Of a stretch of 64,000 nt of DNA, positions 20,790 to 31,498 are shown in pieces. The notes under the pieces are model-generated. The model saw only the letters and a program-made list of their open reading frames with translations, did no database searches and was not told the origin of the DNA. The stretch is from Desulfatiglandales bacterium. GTDB taxonomy: Bacteria > Desulfobacterota > DSM-4660 > Desulfatiglandales > HGW-15. The stretch spans positions 3,520,001 to 3,584,000 of the forward strand of contig CAXXJJ010000004.1 in assembly GCA_963667015.2 (NCBI GenBank), in the 5' to 3' direction. Made by a program: the position numbers and the translations under genes. Positions within the stretch are counted from its first letter, which is position 1. Each line of letters opens with the position of its first letter.

Positions 20790-21918
20790 AATATGCTTCC
20801 ATAAAGCCCGCTTGATTTAAGAAGTCATCAATTTCAGACCGATCTATTTCTACATAACTTGCAAAGGTTCCTCTTGAAATTATACCCTCCATTAAACATC
20901 TAAAAGCTAACGATATATATCTTTCTGGAAATTTATCAGGCTGATTAACGTTGTATAGCCCTTTTCTTAGCTGGCGATCTGTCTCGCGAAACTTACTATC
21001 TCTTAGTAACTCTTCAACCGCTTCTATTTTTATAAAGTTTAAGTGAACTAATCTCCATAAAACAGCTTCTGTCGAGACGCCAAATTCTTTTGCTAATTCG
21101 ATAACATCAACAATCCTCATATCGCCACCGGTCATAATCTCATAAATTGCCTCTTTTAATGAATCCTCTGGCAATAACAAGCTTGAAGCAAATGCATCTG
21201 CGTATTTTTCCGGGAGAGTTTTAGTGCTGCCGTCTCCTACTTCTTCATGTGTGAAAACCCCCCAGGTAACGACATGAAATAATTCATGAGCTAAGTCAAA
21301 ATTTCTTCTCCATGGTGCTTCAGTAGCGTTTATTAAAATACCCACTCCTAATCTTTCATCAACAACAGAGGCCCCGGAAATACCATCATCCAATTCCAAA
21401 TGAAGTATTTTAAACCGAAGATTATTTTCCAGGACATTTAATAGATTAGTTGCAGGTCTTGAACCCAGATTCAATATTTCTCCTGTACTTTTTCCTAGTT
21501 GCCTTGCAAGTGAATAGCCATCTTGTAAAAAATCTGATTTACCAAACGTTTTTTGAATCTCTTTCCATCGCTTTTTTCGCTCTAAAAGAGTTTCAAGTTT
21601 GCTGTAGTTTTCTAAAAAGGATTGAAAATTGTTTTGGATTTTTTCTGCCGGTAGAGTTGAATTTTTTCTCCATAAAGGAACCGGGTCATTATGTAAACTT
21701 TCTTCAAAAAAATAGTCTAATCCCCTATTATACAACTTGGCCATCGCACATAATTCAGTCGCATTGAGCTTTCTGGTTCCTTTTTCTATTTCTGAAAGTG
21801 TTTGATAATTATTAAATCCTAAATACTTTGCTGCATCTTTCAAAGAAAAACCAGCTGCAATTCTAGCAATGCTGGCTCTTTTGGGAAGGTCCAAACTTGA
21901 GTCCTCCAGGAAACTCAT
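20767..21918 (-). CDS. XRE HTH plus ImmA/IrrE (M78) zinc metallopeptidase
   Basis: N-terminal HTH (LSEIEKG), RRNFDLAHELFH HExxH, E.YADAFAS.LLLP. Start set at MSFLED (GGAGGT RBS). Confidence 0.88.
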   Translation of the reverse strand: MSFLEDSSLDLPKRASIARIAAGFSLKDAAKYLGFNNYQTLSEIEKGTRKLNATELCAMAKLYNRGLDYFFEESLHNDPVPLWRKNSTLPAEKIQNNFQSFLENYSKLETLLERKKRWKEIQKTFGKSDFLQDGYSLARQLGKSTGEILNLGSRPATNLLNVLENNLRFKILHLELDDGISGASVVDERLGVGILINATEAPWRRNFDLAHELFHVVTWGVFTHEEVGDGSTKTLPEKYADAFASSLLLPEDSLKEAIYEIMTGGDMRIVDVIELAKEFGVSTEAVLWRLVHLNFIKIEAVEELLRDSKFRETDRQLRKGLYNVNQPDKFPERYISLAFRCLMEGIISRGTFASYVEIDRSEIDDFLNQAGFMEAYYDKIATA

Positions 21919-22080
21919 AAAAACCTCCAATAATAAAATATTATAAAATTTCCGTTGATATACATTAGCATATAAGATTTTCTTATATGCTGTCAATATT
22001 ATTATCGGCATACTGGGATTAATCTTTAATGTAAAGGGACTCTTAACTGCACCTCAAAAATATAAATCAAAAACAAATGT

Positions 22081-22103
22081 ATTCCCGTCTAAACGGGAAT
22101 GAC
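22081..22103. repeat. REP-like hairpin ATTCCCGT-CTAA-ACGGGAAT-GAC
   Basis: Perfect 8-bp stem followed by GAC. A degenerate relative ending GAATGAC lies at about 20080-20106. Confidence 0.5.
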
Positions 22104-22173
22104 AACAAAAGACTATTAGTAAATTTTATGTTGAAGCGTATGAAACTACAAAAGCAACTGGTCAATTCTCCGT

Positions 22174-23052
22174 TTAGCTCTTTTGTATTTCAAGCATTCC
22201 AAATTTTACTTGTTGAAGTAATTCAATATTGTCTTCGAAATCATGGCCTGATTTATAATAAGAGTCTATCATCTCTTCAACAAGTTTATAACGCCCTTCG
22301 TCTTTAGTTTCCTCTTTCAGTATTTCTATTATCTTCTTTTTTGATTCTGGCAATGCAATTTTTGCTATGTCCCGCCCGAGCAGTCTGGCACCCGCGTTTT
22401 TATGATAATCTCCCTGATCTTTTTTTATTTTGTCAAAAATATCATTTTCTTCATCAAAGATTCTTTCTTCATTACCTGCATAAAGGTAATTATGAATTAT
22501 CAAACTAAGGTCCTTTGCATCTCTTCCTCGTGCAGGATTATCATGCCATGAGATTATTTTCAGAATTGCTAATCCTGCTAAACTTGTGAGTTTAATTTCT
22601 AAAACCGGACTGTTTCTTAATCTCACCAATATGGCATCCTCAAATGATTCACTAAATCCAAGTGTGCTCATCTCATTTCCATCTTCTGATAACCAGGTGT
22701 ATTTATGTTCCGGTTCTGCTATCTCACCAAAAGGAATAATATCGACCAGAAGAATATTTTTAAATTTTAATCTCTGTTCCTGTCTGTCCTGTTCAAAATT
22801 CGTTGTATCTATTAATCCCTGTTTAAGCTTTTCGTATTGGCCCCAATCAGCAACCTGTACTCCCAAATCAATATCCATTGTCGCTCGTTTTGTTTTTATT
22901 TTATAACCATATTCAAGGATCATATCTCTTGCCGAAGCACCAATAACAAAAAACTTAATGTCTTGAGTATCAGCCGTGTTTTTTATGATCTCAAATAGTT
23001 CTATTGTTAATGTATCAATCTTCCCTGATAAATCCAGCAAGCTCCTGCTCAT
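22174..23052 (-). CDS. AbiEii-like nucleotidyltransferase toxin (type IV TA)
   Basis: IGASARD...RATMDIDL (G-x-x-A / DxD), LKIISW.D, RDAKDL. Start set at MSRSLL. Confidence 0.82.
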   Translation of the reverse strand: MSRSLLDLSGKIDTLTIELFEIIKNTADTQDIKFFVIGASARDMILEYGYKIKTKRATMDIDLGVQVADWGQYEKLKQGLIDTTNFEQDRQEQRLKFKNILLVDIIPFGEIAEPEHKYTWLSEDGNEMSTLGFSESFEDAILVRLRNSPVLEIKLTSLAGLAILKIISWHDNPARGRDAKDLSLIIHNYLYAGNEERIFDEENDIFDKIKKDQGDYHKNAGARLLGRDIAKIALPESKKKIIEILKEETKDEGRYKLVEEMIDSYYKSGHDFEDNIELLQQVKFGMLEIQKS

Positions 23053-24061
23053 AAATAATCTCCGCGGTTTCAATATTCCTGGCGTCACCGGTTGCCATTA
23101 AATCTGCGTATATCAATATCGGGTGAACAAGATCGGGATACGGCCTTTTTTGCTCTCTTTGCCAGAATGTTTTTAAGATTTCAATCTTCCCTTCAGGACC
23201 TTTTTGAATCCTGTTCTTAATTATATATTTATTAAGAGCGGCGTCATTATTTGTATAAATCGTTACAATTTCCGGTTTTAAATATTTATTCAATTTAGCA
23301 GCAGCTACTTCTCCGCCCCAAAAGGCCTCTGCAGGGAGATCCTGGTCTTTCCAGAAGACGGGTTCTACTGCATTATATTTACCAGCTAACTGCCTGGGCC
23401 TTAATTGTTCCGGGTATGTCATAACCCATTTTGTCAACAGCTTCTCTTTATTTATTAATTGACGTCCCCGCCTGCCCATGTCGATTAAAAATCCCATTTT
23501 TTTTAAATCCTGCATCGCCCATCCTACAGTCCCTAATGCAACATTCGCGCTCTTTGCAATATTTCTATAATTCTCATTTTCTAATTTTGGATTGCAGAGT
23601 AGTGTAAAAATAACCTGAAGTCCTGTTGGCTGGAATGCCCTTGTTTTTATTTTTTCTCTGGGTATTACAGCACTATTGCCTTTTATGAAAAGAAATAAAT
23701 TTGGCTCTTTAATATATGTATTTCCAGCTGTATCGATAAAGGGGATATTTAGTTCTTTCAGCTTTTCAGCGATCTGCGGGTTAACATACCTGGTTATTAT
23801 AATATTCTTTCCATCTTTTCTTTTTAACAGCTGCGTTACATGGCCTATGGCTGCCTGCGTTAAGTTTGCCTTTATTTCCACATTAAAATGCAGGACCATA
23901 TCATTCAATTTGATACCTATACCTGTATCAGGTGTTTCCCCATCTAACACAACTGGTTCTAAAACCGGATAACGATCGATAGTTAAACCAGTCATTTTTT
24001 CGAAAGCTTCAAGAGCTTCCCGGAGAATTTCCTGTTCCTGAACCTTCGTTCTCATATTCAT
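23015..24061 (-). CDS. AbiEi-like antitoxin (type IV TA)
   Basis: FIDTAGN, HTH YRNIA..ANVALGTV, WGGEVAA, HPILIYADL...D.RN.E. Overlaps the toxin gene. Confidence 0.82.
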   Translation of the reverse strand: MNMRTKVQEQEILREALEAFEKMTGLTIDRYPVLEPVVLDGETPDTGIGIKLNDMVLHFNVEIKANLTQAAIGHVTQLLKRKDGKNIIITRYVNPQIAEKLKELNIPFIDTAGNTYIKEPNLFLFIKGNSAVIPREKIKTRAFQPTGLQVIFTLLCNPKLENENYRNIAKSANVALGTVGWAMQDLKKMGFLIDMGRRGRQLINKEKLLTKWVMTYPEQLRPRQLAGKYNAVEPVFWKDQDLPAEAFWGGEVAAAKLNKYLKPEIVTIYTNNDAALNKYIIKNRIQKGPEGKIEILKTFWQREQKRPYPDLVHPILIYADLMATGDARNIETAEIIYEQELAGFIRED

Positions 24062-24066
24062 TGCCT

Positions 24067-24129
24067 TATGTTCATTAAAATTTATTGTACATGATTAGTG
24101 AACATATCAATATATTGAACAATAGTCAA
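24067..24129 (-). promoter_or_regulatory. abiE promoter with inverted-repeat operator
   Basis: Minus-strand TTGACT-17-TATGTT. Inverted repeat TATGTTCATTA (24067-24077) / TAGTGAACATA (24096-24106) overlaps the -10. Confidence 0.6.
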
Positions 24130-24290
24130 TAACTATTTGATTATATGAAAAATATGGGACGCATTAAAAAGATAAATCAAGTTTCATTTAACAGTTGGAT
24201 TAAGGGTGGAAACAGGTTTCAGCGTCGCTGATATGTTTGATCATTAACCAATGAATGCTTTTTCATTTTTGTGCAGTATGGAAGAATCCC

Positions 24291-24374
24291 TTAATAATCA
24301 AATAACTCCTTAAGAGCTGTTTTTAGGACTTATATCGCTGTTTTCAGACGTAAAAAGGGGAATATAAGAAAAGA
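24291..24374 (+). repeat. Composite dispersed repeat
   Basis: 24291-24320 matches 44295-44324 at 29/30; 24318-24374 matches 49418-49474 at 52/57 (manual alignments). Confidence 0.85.
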
Positions 24375-24442
24375 GCTAAAATTTTTTAGCAACTGGTCAG
24401 GTCTATATCTGGCCTTTATGCGGATAAGGTGCCTTGAGAAGA

Positions 24443-25393
24443 CTATGCCGATAACTTTAAAATACCTGATACAGGTATAACCGAAATGATCTCGTCAAGG
24501 TCATATTCTTCTTTTCCAGGGGATACTACCCACAGATGTTCGAGTGCCAGATCTTTTATAGCAGTTCTCATAGCGCGTGTTGTGCCTGGTGCATCTGCAT
24601 ACTTGAATTCAAAACCATAACGTTTCCCCTTTGACATAACGAGGAGATCAAGCTCTGCACCTGCATGAGTTGCCCAGAAGTATATGTCACGATTATTAAA
24701 AACATTGACTACATGTTCAAGGGCGGAGCTTTCCCAGGAAGATCCCAGCACCGGATGACTCTGGATGTCTGAAAGAGTCTCCATCTGCAGAAGAGTATGG
24801 AAAATACCGCTGTCCCTGATGTATATTTTGGGAGCCTTGACCTGTCTTTTTCGTATATTTTCAAACCAGGGCGGCAGGACTCTTACCATGTAGGCGCCTG
24901 CAAGAATATCAAGGTAACGACGGGCTGTTATTTCGGACGTGCCCATGGATCTGGCAAACTGTGTGGCATTCCATACCCGGCCATGATAATGAGCAATCAT
25001 GGTCCAGAAACAGCGCAGGGTTTCAGAGGGGATACTTATTCCGAGTTGAGGAATGTCTCTTTCAAGGAATGTTCTTATAAAATTTTCCCGCCAGATCATG
25101 CTGCCATTATCGTCCGGTGCCAGAAATGAATTTGGAAAACCACCCCTGACCCAGAGAGAATCACGGTTTTCAACACCAGCCTCCCATAGATTAAAACCGG
25201 AAAGATCAATCAAAACGATACGGCCGGCAAGAGATTCTGATGTGCCCTTAACCATATCCGGAGAAGCAGAGCAGAGAATGAGAAACTTTGCCGGATTATC
25301 AGCGCGATCTGCCAGGCCCCTCAATAACTGAAAAAGCTCAGGTGTTTTGGTAATATTTTTATATGCCTGGGGTCTTGATATCATAAAAAGCAT
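24443..25393 (-). pseudogene. AAA_14/DUF4143 ATPase with internal in-frame deletion of Walker A/B
   Basis: Keeps ESLAGRI, RGGFP, KAPKIYIRDSG and ELDL...EFK, but jumps from ...KNITKT to PELFQLL, lacking the GPRQxGKT and DE motifs found in both paralogues in this window. Confidence 0.8.
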
Positions 25394-25442
25394 AATATTC
25401 CTTGAAAATCATAATGTCATGTTGTGATTTTCAAGGAATATT
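25394..25442. promoter_or_regulatory. Perfect 18-bp inverted repeat directly upstream of the DUF4143 gene (putative operator)
   Basis: AATATTCCTTGAAAATCA-13 nt-TGATTTTCAAGGAATATT. Confidence 0.65.
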
Positions 25443-25457
25443 GCACCTGTTTAAGCT

Positions 25458-25514
25458 GGTAAAAGGTAAAATCTGCCCGTCCCATTAATTTATGGGACGG
25501 GCAGAAAATTTATC
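25458..25514. repeat. Hairpin repeat copy 1 (GGTAAAAGGTAAAATCT + palindrome + AAATTTATC)
   Basis: 13-bp stem CTGCCCGTCCCAT/ATGGGACGGGCAG. Homologous copy at 46344-46400. Confidence 0.8.
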
Positions 25515-25531
25515 GAAAAAATTGTCTAACC

Positions 25532-25698
25532 ATTTGTGACATCAAAGACAATTGCACACGCTCTAAATCTGACAGGACACTTAAGAGGCATGAGCGTCAA
25601 GACGAATTGGATGAAATAGTAGAACGAGCAAAGAGTAAAGAATCGAAACCGCCTTAGAGCCTCGGCAACACTTGTCGGAACGTTCCTTTGCCCGTAGG
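25532..25698 (+). pseudogene. IS1182-family transposase remnant
   Basis: ICDIKDNCTRSKSDRTLKRHERQDELD..., then a frameshift to RQHLSERSFARR, resembling the C-terminal region of IS1182-type transposases. Confidence 0.6.
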
Positions 25699-25919
25699 CA
25701 AATAGTAAAAACTTGATATTATTTAAAATAGTTATTGACATGACATGTAGATCTGGGGTCAGATCAATATGCTTTAATTTCGATCAACAAACTTAAGCGT
25801 CGGTCCTTTTTCTTCATACCTCAGAAGGCAGGTTTAAATAACTGTTTAATATATGCGGATTTCTGGCTGATCTACAATAAAGTAGTTCTTTTTCTGGAAA
25901 TGTAGGGAGCCTGAAACAG

Positions 25920-26228
25920 TTGTTTATTCATATGGATGCAGTAAAACCGGCCACAAAATCAAAAAAGGGCTCATATCAGAAAACGAAATATATTTCCAGA
26001 TCACTCATCCTTAAAACCTTTCTATCTGTGCTTGGCATTGCATTGATTCTTTCAACTACAACATCCATTATGGCAAACGAAACCCTTGAGGCGGCAAAGC
26101 GTATGGATATCGCAGCTGGTAAAATTTTAAATCACGCTCAGAAAATCGCTGTTATTGGTGAGTTAAATTTAAAAAAATTAGAAATTGAACTGGAAACGGC
26201 TAAGAAGGAACTGCTTAATGATTTATAA
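25920..26228 (+). CDS. Hypothetical protein with hydrophobic/signal-like segment
   Basis: Co-oriented 15 bp upstream of the giant secreted protein. Start uncertain. Confidence 0.45.
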   Translation: MFIHMDAVKPATKSKKGSYQKTKYISRSLILKTFLSVLGIALILSTTTSIMANETLEAAKRMDIAAGKILNHAQKIAVIGELNLKKLEIELETAKKELLNDL

Positions 26229-26243
26229 AGGAAAACAGCAAAA

Positions 26244-29200
26244 ATGAACATGAATTGTTATTGTAATACAAAAAAAATAATCTGTCTCTTCGCCCTTATT
26301 ATTATGCTTTTTTTTGTACCTGATATTTCTTTTTCCGAGCAAGACAGATACGAAACACGCTCTCTATACGACACAGTAATGGAACAGGGTATTTTTTCAA
26401 TAAATGTTCAACCTGTCTCCAACTTACCTCCTGCAGGAACCATCCCAATAGATAATTTGATCAGACAGATATCTGAGCAAGACAGCTTTGTTACCTTCCC
26501 TGACGCTGAAGCTGCATTCAAGCAACAGCGACTGAATTTTTTAAAGAAAAACCGGTCAACTTTTTTGAAATGGCCAAAAGATGCGATAACAAGGCTGGAT
26601 AACTACGCTGTTGAATATAAAGGAAGTCTTGAGGCACTAAATGACTTACAAGTTTTGGCGGAGATTATTAAATGTCATCAGAATGGAGGCACACCTGGAC
26701 AATGTGCGCAGCAGGCAGGCACAGACGCTTTAATGCGTATGGCTGGGGGTAAAGCTATTACGTATCTGGGACTTGGAAGTTTGGCGACATTCGGTGCGCT
26801 GGCAATTGCAGATTATGAGGCAGTAGTTAACACAGTAAAACTATATAATGAAGCTACAGGCTTAATTGAAGATGAAAAAACGGCAGAAAAACAGAGAATA
26901 GATCGCATGGCCATGGGGGCAGACGTGGGGTTGATGAGATCCTACCTGGAGTTAATGCTGGTAAGATACGAACAAAATCAAAACATAGCAGGAGATCTTC
27001 TGATTAAATTCTGGGAGGATGCTGAGGATCAGTCTAAAAAACTAAACACCGCCATAGACCAATTCACTGGAACCTGGAAAGAGATCGAGAACAAAAACTA
27101 CCCTCATCAGTTACAAAACAATTGTGAGAAGAGTTGTAACCTTGATGAAAATTGCAGCGCTTTAATAAGCTCCTACACTGCCTTAACAGGTAACTCCCTT
27201 CCAGAAACGAGGGAAAACACTTCTTCTTTGACAAATGAATTCCAGATGGTCTTGAATGGCAACTTTGAACAAAATTGTATAGAGCGTTCAGATGATATCA
27301 AGAATAAAATAGAGCCCATTATTCAAAAGAAAGTTGATCCCCTTCACAAATGGTATAAAAGTCTTGATGTCTGTATCACCCATGCAAGACAAGCCCATGA
27401 GAAATACTTATCAAATCAAAAAAATTATCTTCAGGACAATCAAACTTTAAATCAGCGCTTTGAACAGCAACTGGCCGAACGATACGGGAAGGACAGTGAC
27501 AAATATAAAGAAGGAATGGCCTACCTGGATCAAATCAGAAATCAGATTAAAACATATCAACCCCGGGGCCTTAAAGGGAATATGGAATATATACTCAGGC
27601 GGCTGGATACAATTGCAGAAGACTTTAAATTTATAAAAAATAGACTGGTTAAAGTTTTTGATGTCATTGAAACTCATATTGAGGTGATAAATAAAGTTGA
27701 AAAAGATTTCAAGTCAACTGCTCAACTAAAATCAGAAGAGTTGGCCAACAAGTTCGAAACCTGCGCTAATGACATGATTTCCAATCAAACAGCAAACCTT
27801 GCCGAAGAAAATACTGTCCCTCAGCAGCTTGCTGAAATCGACCAGAAATTAAACTTTGCAGCAACCTTGTCTGAAAATATTAAAAACGAATGTAATTCCA
27901 CTAAGGGAATGGTAGATGCACTGGTTTCCAGGGCTGCTTCCAACCAAAAAGAGCTGATTGCGATCGAAGCCGGGCTGGTTGATCTGTTTAATAAATCAGG
28001 GGACTTTAAAAAAGCTGAACAAGGTATCAAAACAGAGCATGCCAGCATTGAGAAGCAGGTGGAAAAGGCAGCTGAAATCACCCATGAACTTGAGGCGCTG
28101 AGCCGGGAAATCTGTGAAAAGACCATGGAGCTCAACGACTACACAAGGTCTGATGTAGTTCATCAACAAAATCACAAATGGATAAGGGATCAAAAAACAA
28201 AATTAAAATCACTCCTTGATGCAATTCAACTGATTGTAACTAATGCAAGGGTTACGCATGCTGCGCGAGGAATTCAAACGGATCAAGGTGCATCACCGGG
28301 CGACAGATCAGGGCAAAAAATAGAACAGGATCTTGAAAAAATAGCTGGCAATATAAGTGCTGTAAAAGATTCACTGCTTAATGCAAACTCAATATTGTCA
28401 GGTATAAAAGAAAAATCAACACAAGCAGTATCGATAAAGAATTTTTCACTGGCTGAGCTGGAAAAACTTAAAAATTACATCGACGCCCTGCCTAAGACCG
28501 ATTCTGTCAGGCAGATGAAAATAAAATATGACGATTTAAGTCAGAAAGCCGGTTCTATTCAAACCAATGATTGCGTTAATACCCTCTCAGGTGATCTTAT
28601 TAATGTGATTATAAGTTTTAAAAAGGATGAAGAGCTGCTTCCTAAAATAAACGCATTTTATAAAACCCAGAAACAGCAACTGCTTAAAAATGATTCAATA
28701 CAAAAAAGTATCCAGAACACAGTTCAGGATATTTCATACCTGGTTGATCTGTCAGAAGCATATCTTGAAAGGGCTGGGAATGGGGCTAAAGACGGGGCGC
28801 TCTGCACTGTTCTGGCTGATGATATTATGAAAAAGGAGTTTGTGCCCAGGGTTGTGGAAATGAAGGTCGGCCTGGCCGAATCAGCACTTTCCAATAAAGG
28901 ATTTCGTACCATAAAAATAAAAGACAAAAAGTTGTCTTCCGGTAAATTACCCTTTCATGTGACAAAACAGGTCCCGGACCATACAAAAAGAAGAGCCCTG
29001 GGAAGTAAGGTTGAGGTTTATTATTATGATGAATCCTCTGATCAAGTAAATGAATCTTTGAACGTAGAAACCGTAGAACTGGATTGCAGTCATTTGCCCG
29101 GCTCTCAAGAGATGGTTATTTTTGACACAGGAGAAAGACTTTGTGATTGTCCTCCCACAAAAACCTGGAATGCGGATTTTACCGCCTGCATTGATAAAAG

Positions 29201-30185
29201 CAACGCATTGCCCAGTCAAGATGAGATGCAAAAAGCCCGTCAGGACCTTTTCCTGTCCATGAAAAACTGCAGTCAATTCCCCGGGACAGAGCCTGTATGG
29301 GACACGCAAAAAGACGAGGCCGTCTGTGCCTGTAAAAATGGACTTATTTTAAATGCCAGCGGAAACGGTTGTATTACGCCCCAGCAGGCAGCCATGCAAA
29401 ATATAGATTGTTCGCCTTTCCCCAATACTACACCTGTCTGGAACCAGGCACAGCAAAAAGCGGTTTGTACTTGTATCCAGGGGACGGTATTGAATAGAAA
29501 CGGTAACGGGTGCATTGACCAGAGAGAATTTGTCCTGATGAATACAGATTGTTCAAGATTTCCCGGGACATTTCCCGAATGGAATTACCAGAACAATCAG
29601 CCTATGTGCAGCTGCCTGAGCGGGAGCCATTGGGATGATATTAGCGGAGGGTGTGTGAGTGATACTAAAAATGAATACCTGTTAGACTGTTCTGCCTGGG
29701 CCAATACACTTCCCGGATGGAATCTTCAAACCCAGAAACTTGAGTGCATGTGCATGTCGCCAAATATCATAGATCAAGGAACTGGTGAATGTATCAGCTG
29801 GGTAGATGCTTTGATCGAGCCACAAAATCCTCCCGATAATAATGGTACGAATCCGCCACCCCCTTCTACAATTAAGCAGGGCCAGTGCAATGAAGCAAGA
29901 AAAGCCGGAAGGAATGAGCCTGAACGGCATGTCATTAATATCGGTAGCTTTGCCGGTCAATTTATTTTTGAATATAAAACATTTACAGAACCAGATATGA
30001 TTAAAGTATCCCAACCCGATGGAAGGGTCTTGTTTCAAACGGGATGCGTCGGTTCTGGAAATGGATGGACACCAGTAACGATTAATTTTTCAGGATACTC
30101 GTCTGAAATCATCGTTGATGTCTACCCGAACTGCGCTGGAGGTACCAATACCCAATGGGAATTTAAGGTATCCTGTCCAAATTAA
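26244..30185 (+). CDS. Large secreted protein: helical/coiled-coil N-terminus, PASTA-like domain, five Cys-rich repeats, C-terminal beta domain
   Basis: Signal peptide; VPRVVEMKVGLAESALSNKGF...V..Q.P...GSKVEV (PASTA-like, about 28839-29027); CS.FPxT.P.W......CxC............C repeats; Pro-rich linker. Confidence 0.85.
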   Translation: MNMNCYCNTKKIICLFALIIMLFFVPDISFSEQDRYETRSLYDTVMEQGIFSINVQPVSNLPPAGTIPIDNLIRQISEQDSFVTFPDAEAAFKQQRLNFLKKNRSTFLKWPKDAITRLDNYAVEYKGSLEALNDLQVLAEIIKCHQNGGTPGQCAQQAGTDALMRMAGGKAITYLGLGSLATFGALAIADYEAVVNTVKLYNEATGLIEDEKTAEKQRIDRMAMGADVGLMRSYLELMLVRYEQNQNIAGDLLIKFWEDAEDQSKKLNTAIDQFTGTWKEIENKNYPHQLQNNCEKSCNLDENCSALISSYTALTGNSLPETRENTSSLTNEFQMVLNGNFEQNCIERSDDIKNKIEPIIQKKVDPLHKWYKSLDVCITHARQAHEKYLSNQKNYLQDNQTLNQRFEQQLAERYGKDSDKYKEGMAYLDQIRNQIKTYQPRGLKGNMEYILRRLDTIAEDFKFIKNRLVKVFDVIETHIEVINKVEKDFKSTAQLKSEELANKFETCANDMISNQTANLAEENTVPQQLAEIDQKLNFAATLSENIKNECNSTKGMVDALVSRAASNQKELIAIEAGLVDLFNKSGDFKKAEQGIKTEHASIEKQVEKAAEITHELEALSREICEKTMELNDYTRSDVVHQQNHKWIRDQKTKLKSLLDAIQLIVTNARVTHAARGIQTDQGASPGDRSGQKIEQDLEKIAGNISAVKDSLLNANSILSGIKEKSTQAVSIKNFSLAELEKLKNYIDALPKTDSVRQMKIKYDDLSQKAGSIQTNDCVNTLSGDLINVIISFKKDEELLPKINAFYKTQKQQLLKNDSIQKSIQNTVQDISYLVDLSEAYLERAGNGAKDGALCTVLADDIMKKEFVPRVVEMKVGLAESALSNKGFRTIKIKDKKLSSGKLPFHVTKQVPDHTKRRALGSKVEVYYYDESSDQVNESLNVETVELDCSHLPGSQEMVIFDTGERLCDCPPTKTWNADFTACIDKSNALPSQDEMQKARQDLFLSMKNCSQFPGTEPVWDTQKDEAVCACKNGLILNASGNGCITPQQAAMQNIDCSPFPNTTPVWNQAQQKAVCTCIQGTVLNRNGNGCIDQREFVLMNTDCSRFPGTFPEWNYQNNQPMCSCLSGSHWDDISGGCVSDTKNEYLLDCSAWANTLPGWNLQTQKLECMCMSPNIIDQGTGECISWVDALIEPQNPPDNNGTNPPPPSTIKQGQCNEARKAGRNEPERHVINIGSFAGQFIFEYKTFTEPDMIKVSQPDGRVLFQTGCVGSGNGWTPVTINFSGYSSEIIVDVYPNCAGGTNTQWEFKVSCPN
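29082..29801 (+). repeat. Five tandem ~47-aa four-cysteine repeats within the CDS
   Basis: DCSHLPGS, NCSQFPGT, DCSPFPNT, DCSRFPGT, DCSAWANT, each followed by CxC and a final C. Confidence 0.85.
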
Positions 30186-30202
30186 AATAGAAAAGGAGAA
30201 CC

Positions 30203-31489
30203 ATGAAACGCGTAAATATAATCATTTGCATAATGATCAGTTTGATCATGCTGCCCTCTGCAGCCACCTGTTATGATGGGATTATTCTCAAAATTGAATC
30301 TTCCGGCATAATTGTTAAAATTGAGCAGCCGGATGGAGATCTTGTCGGTGCAGTGCTGGACATGACATATAAAGCGGGCTTTCTGCCAATGGACATGGGC
30401 CGATATAAAGTCCGCTCAATTGCATCAGGAGTAGCACAACTGGATGTTATTTCTACCAGCACACCCCTAGACAAGGGAATGAAAGTTATTTTGGACAGGG
30501 TAGGAAAATCAAACAGTCTAGGCAAAATCCAGGAAAACAACATAATCGGCAAGGTAGTAGAAACGAAAAATGATAATGTCAAAATTGAAATTTCATCCTC
30601 CAGCAAAATTAACATCGGGAGCAGAGTAGACCTTTACTATAAAACTTCAGCCGGACAGGATATGAATTTCGGCCAGTGGAAAGTGACACAATCAAGAGGT
30701 CAATATCTCATGGCCGAACCGGTTGATATGACCAGCCCTCCAATGGCAGGGCTTGAGGCAAGAATCACGGTTAGACATGAACAGGAAACAAATATGGACC
30801 TGCCCGACGATGGGGAACTTGTTCGTAAAAGAGATCCCGGCATTATCTTTACAGATCCATATAAAGAACTCGACCAACTGGAGAAAAAAGAACCCTTGGA
30901 ACTACTTGGGGTTCCTTTCCCTGAAAAAACAGCAGAAGAGCATGCCATTTCCGGAGATAAGTACTATTTCTCCAAGAATTATGAGATGGCCTTTGGAGAA
31001 TACAGCAAGGCCGCTCAAATGGGGCATGCGGGTGCCCAAAGACAGGTAGGGACTATGTATCACTTTGGCCAATATATCCAGAAAGATTATGTAAAAGCTT
31101 TTGAATGGTATGAAAAATCAGCTCAGCAGAATAATCCCCTGGGGATATTCAGTTATGGAAATGCTATCGCCAAAGGCCAGGGCACAACAAAAGACCTTAA
31201 AAAAGCCCACGATCTATTCTTAAAGGCGGCAAACATGGGACAAGCGGAAGCGCAATACAGCCTTGGAGTCCTTTACTATCAAGGACTTGGTGTTAATAAA
31301 GATTATTCAAAGGCCCTTGAATGGTTTAAAATGTCCTCAACCCAAAATATTGTGGATGCGTTTTATGCTCTCGGAACAATGCATGAGCTTGGACAAGGAA
31401 TTCAAAAGGATCAAAATAAAGCAATGTCATATTATAAAAAAGCAGCTGACCTGGGGCATGATAAGGCTAAACAAAAATTAAAAAAATAG
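30203..31489 (+). CDS. Exported Sel1-repeat protein with duplicated N-terminal beta domain
   Basis: Signal peptide; two similar beta modules (G..LD..YK...G.YKV / GSRVDLYYK...GQWKV); about five Sel1 repeats (AQY.LG.LYY.G.GV.KDY.KA..W). Confidence 0.88.
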   Translation: MKRVNIIICIMISLIMLPSAATCYDGIILKIESSGIIVKIEQPDGDLVGAVLDMTYKAGFLPMDMGRYKVRSIASGVAQLDVISTSTPLDKGMKVILDRVGKSNSLGKIQENNIIGKVVETKNDNVKIEISSSSKINIGSRVDLYYKTSAGQDMNFGQWKVTQSRGQYLMAEPVDMTSPPMAGLEARITVRHEQETNMDLPDDGELVRKRDPGIIFTDPYKELDQLEKKEPLELLGVPFPEKTAEEHAISGDKYYFSKNYEMAFGEYSKAAQMGHAGAQRQVGTMYHFGQYIQKDYVKAFEWYEKSAQQNNPLGIFSYGNAIAKGQGTTKDLKKAHDLFLKAANMGQAEAQYSLGVLYYQGLGVNKDYSKALEWFKMSSTQNIVDAFYALGTMHELGQGIQKDQNKAMSYYKKAADLGHDKAKQKLKK

Positions 31490-31498
31490 AGCATTAAC

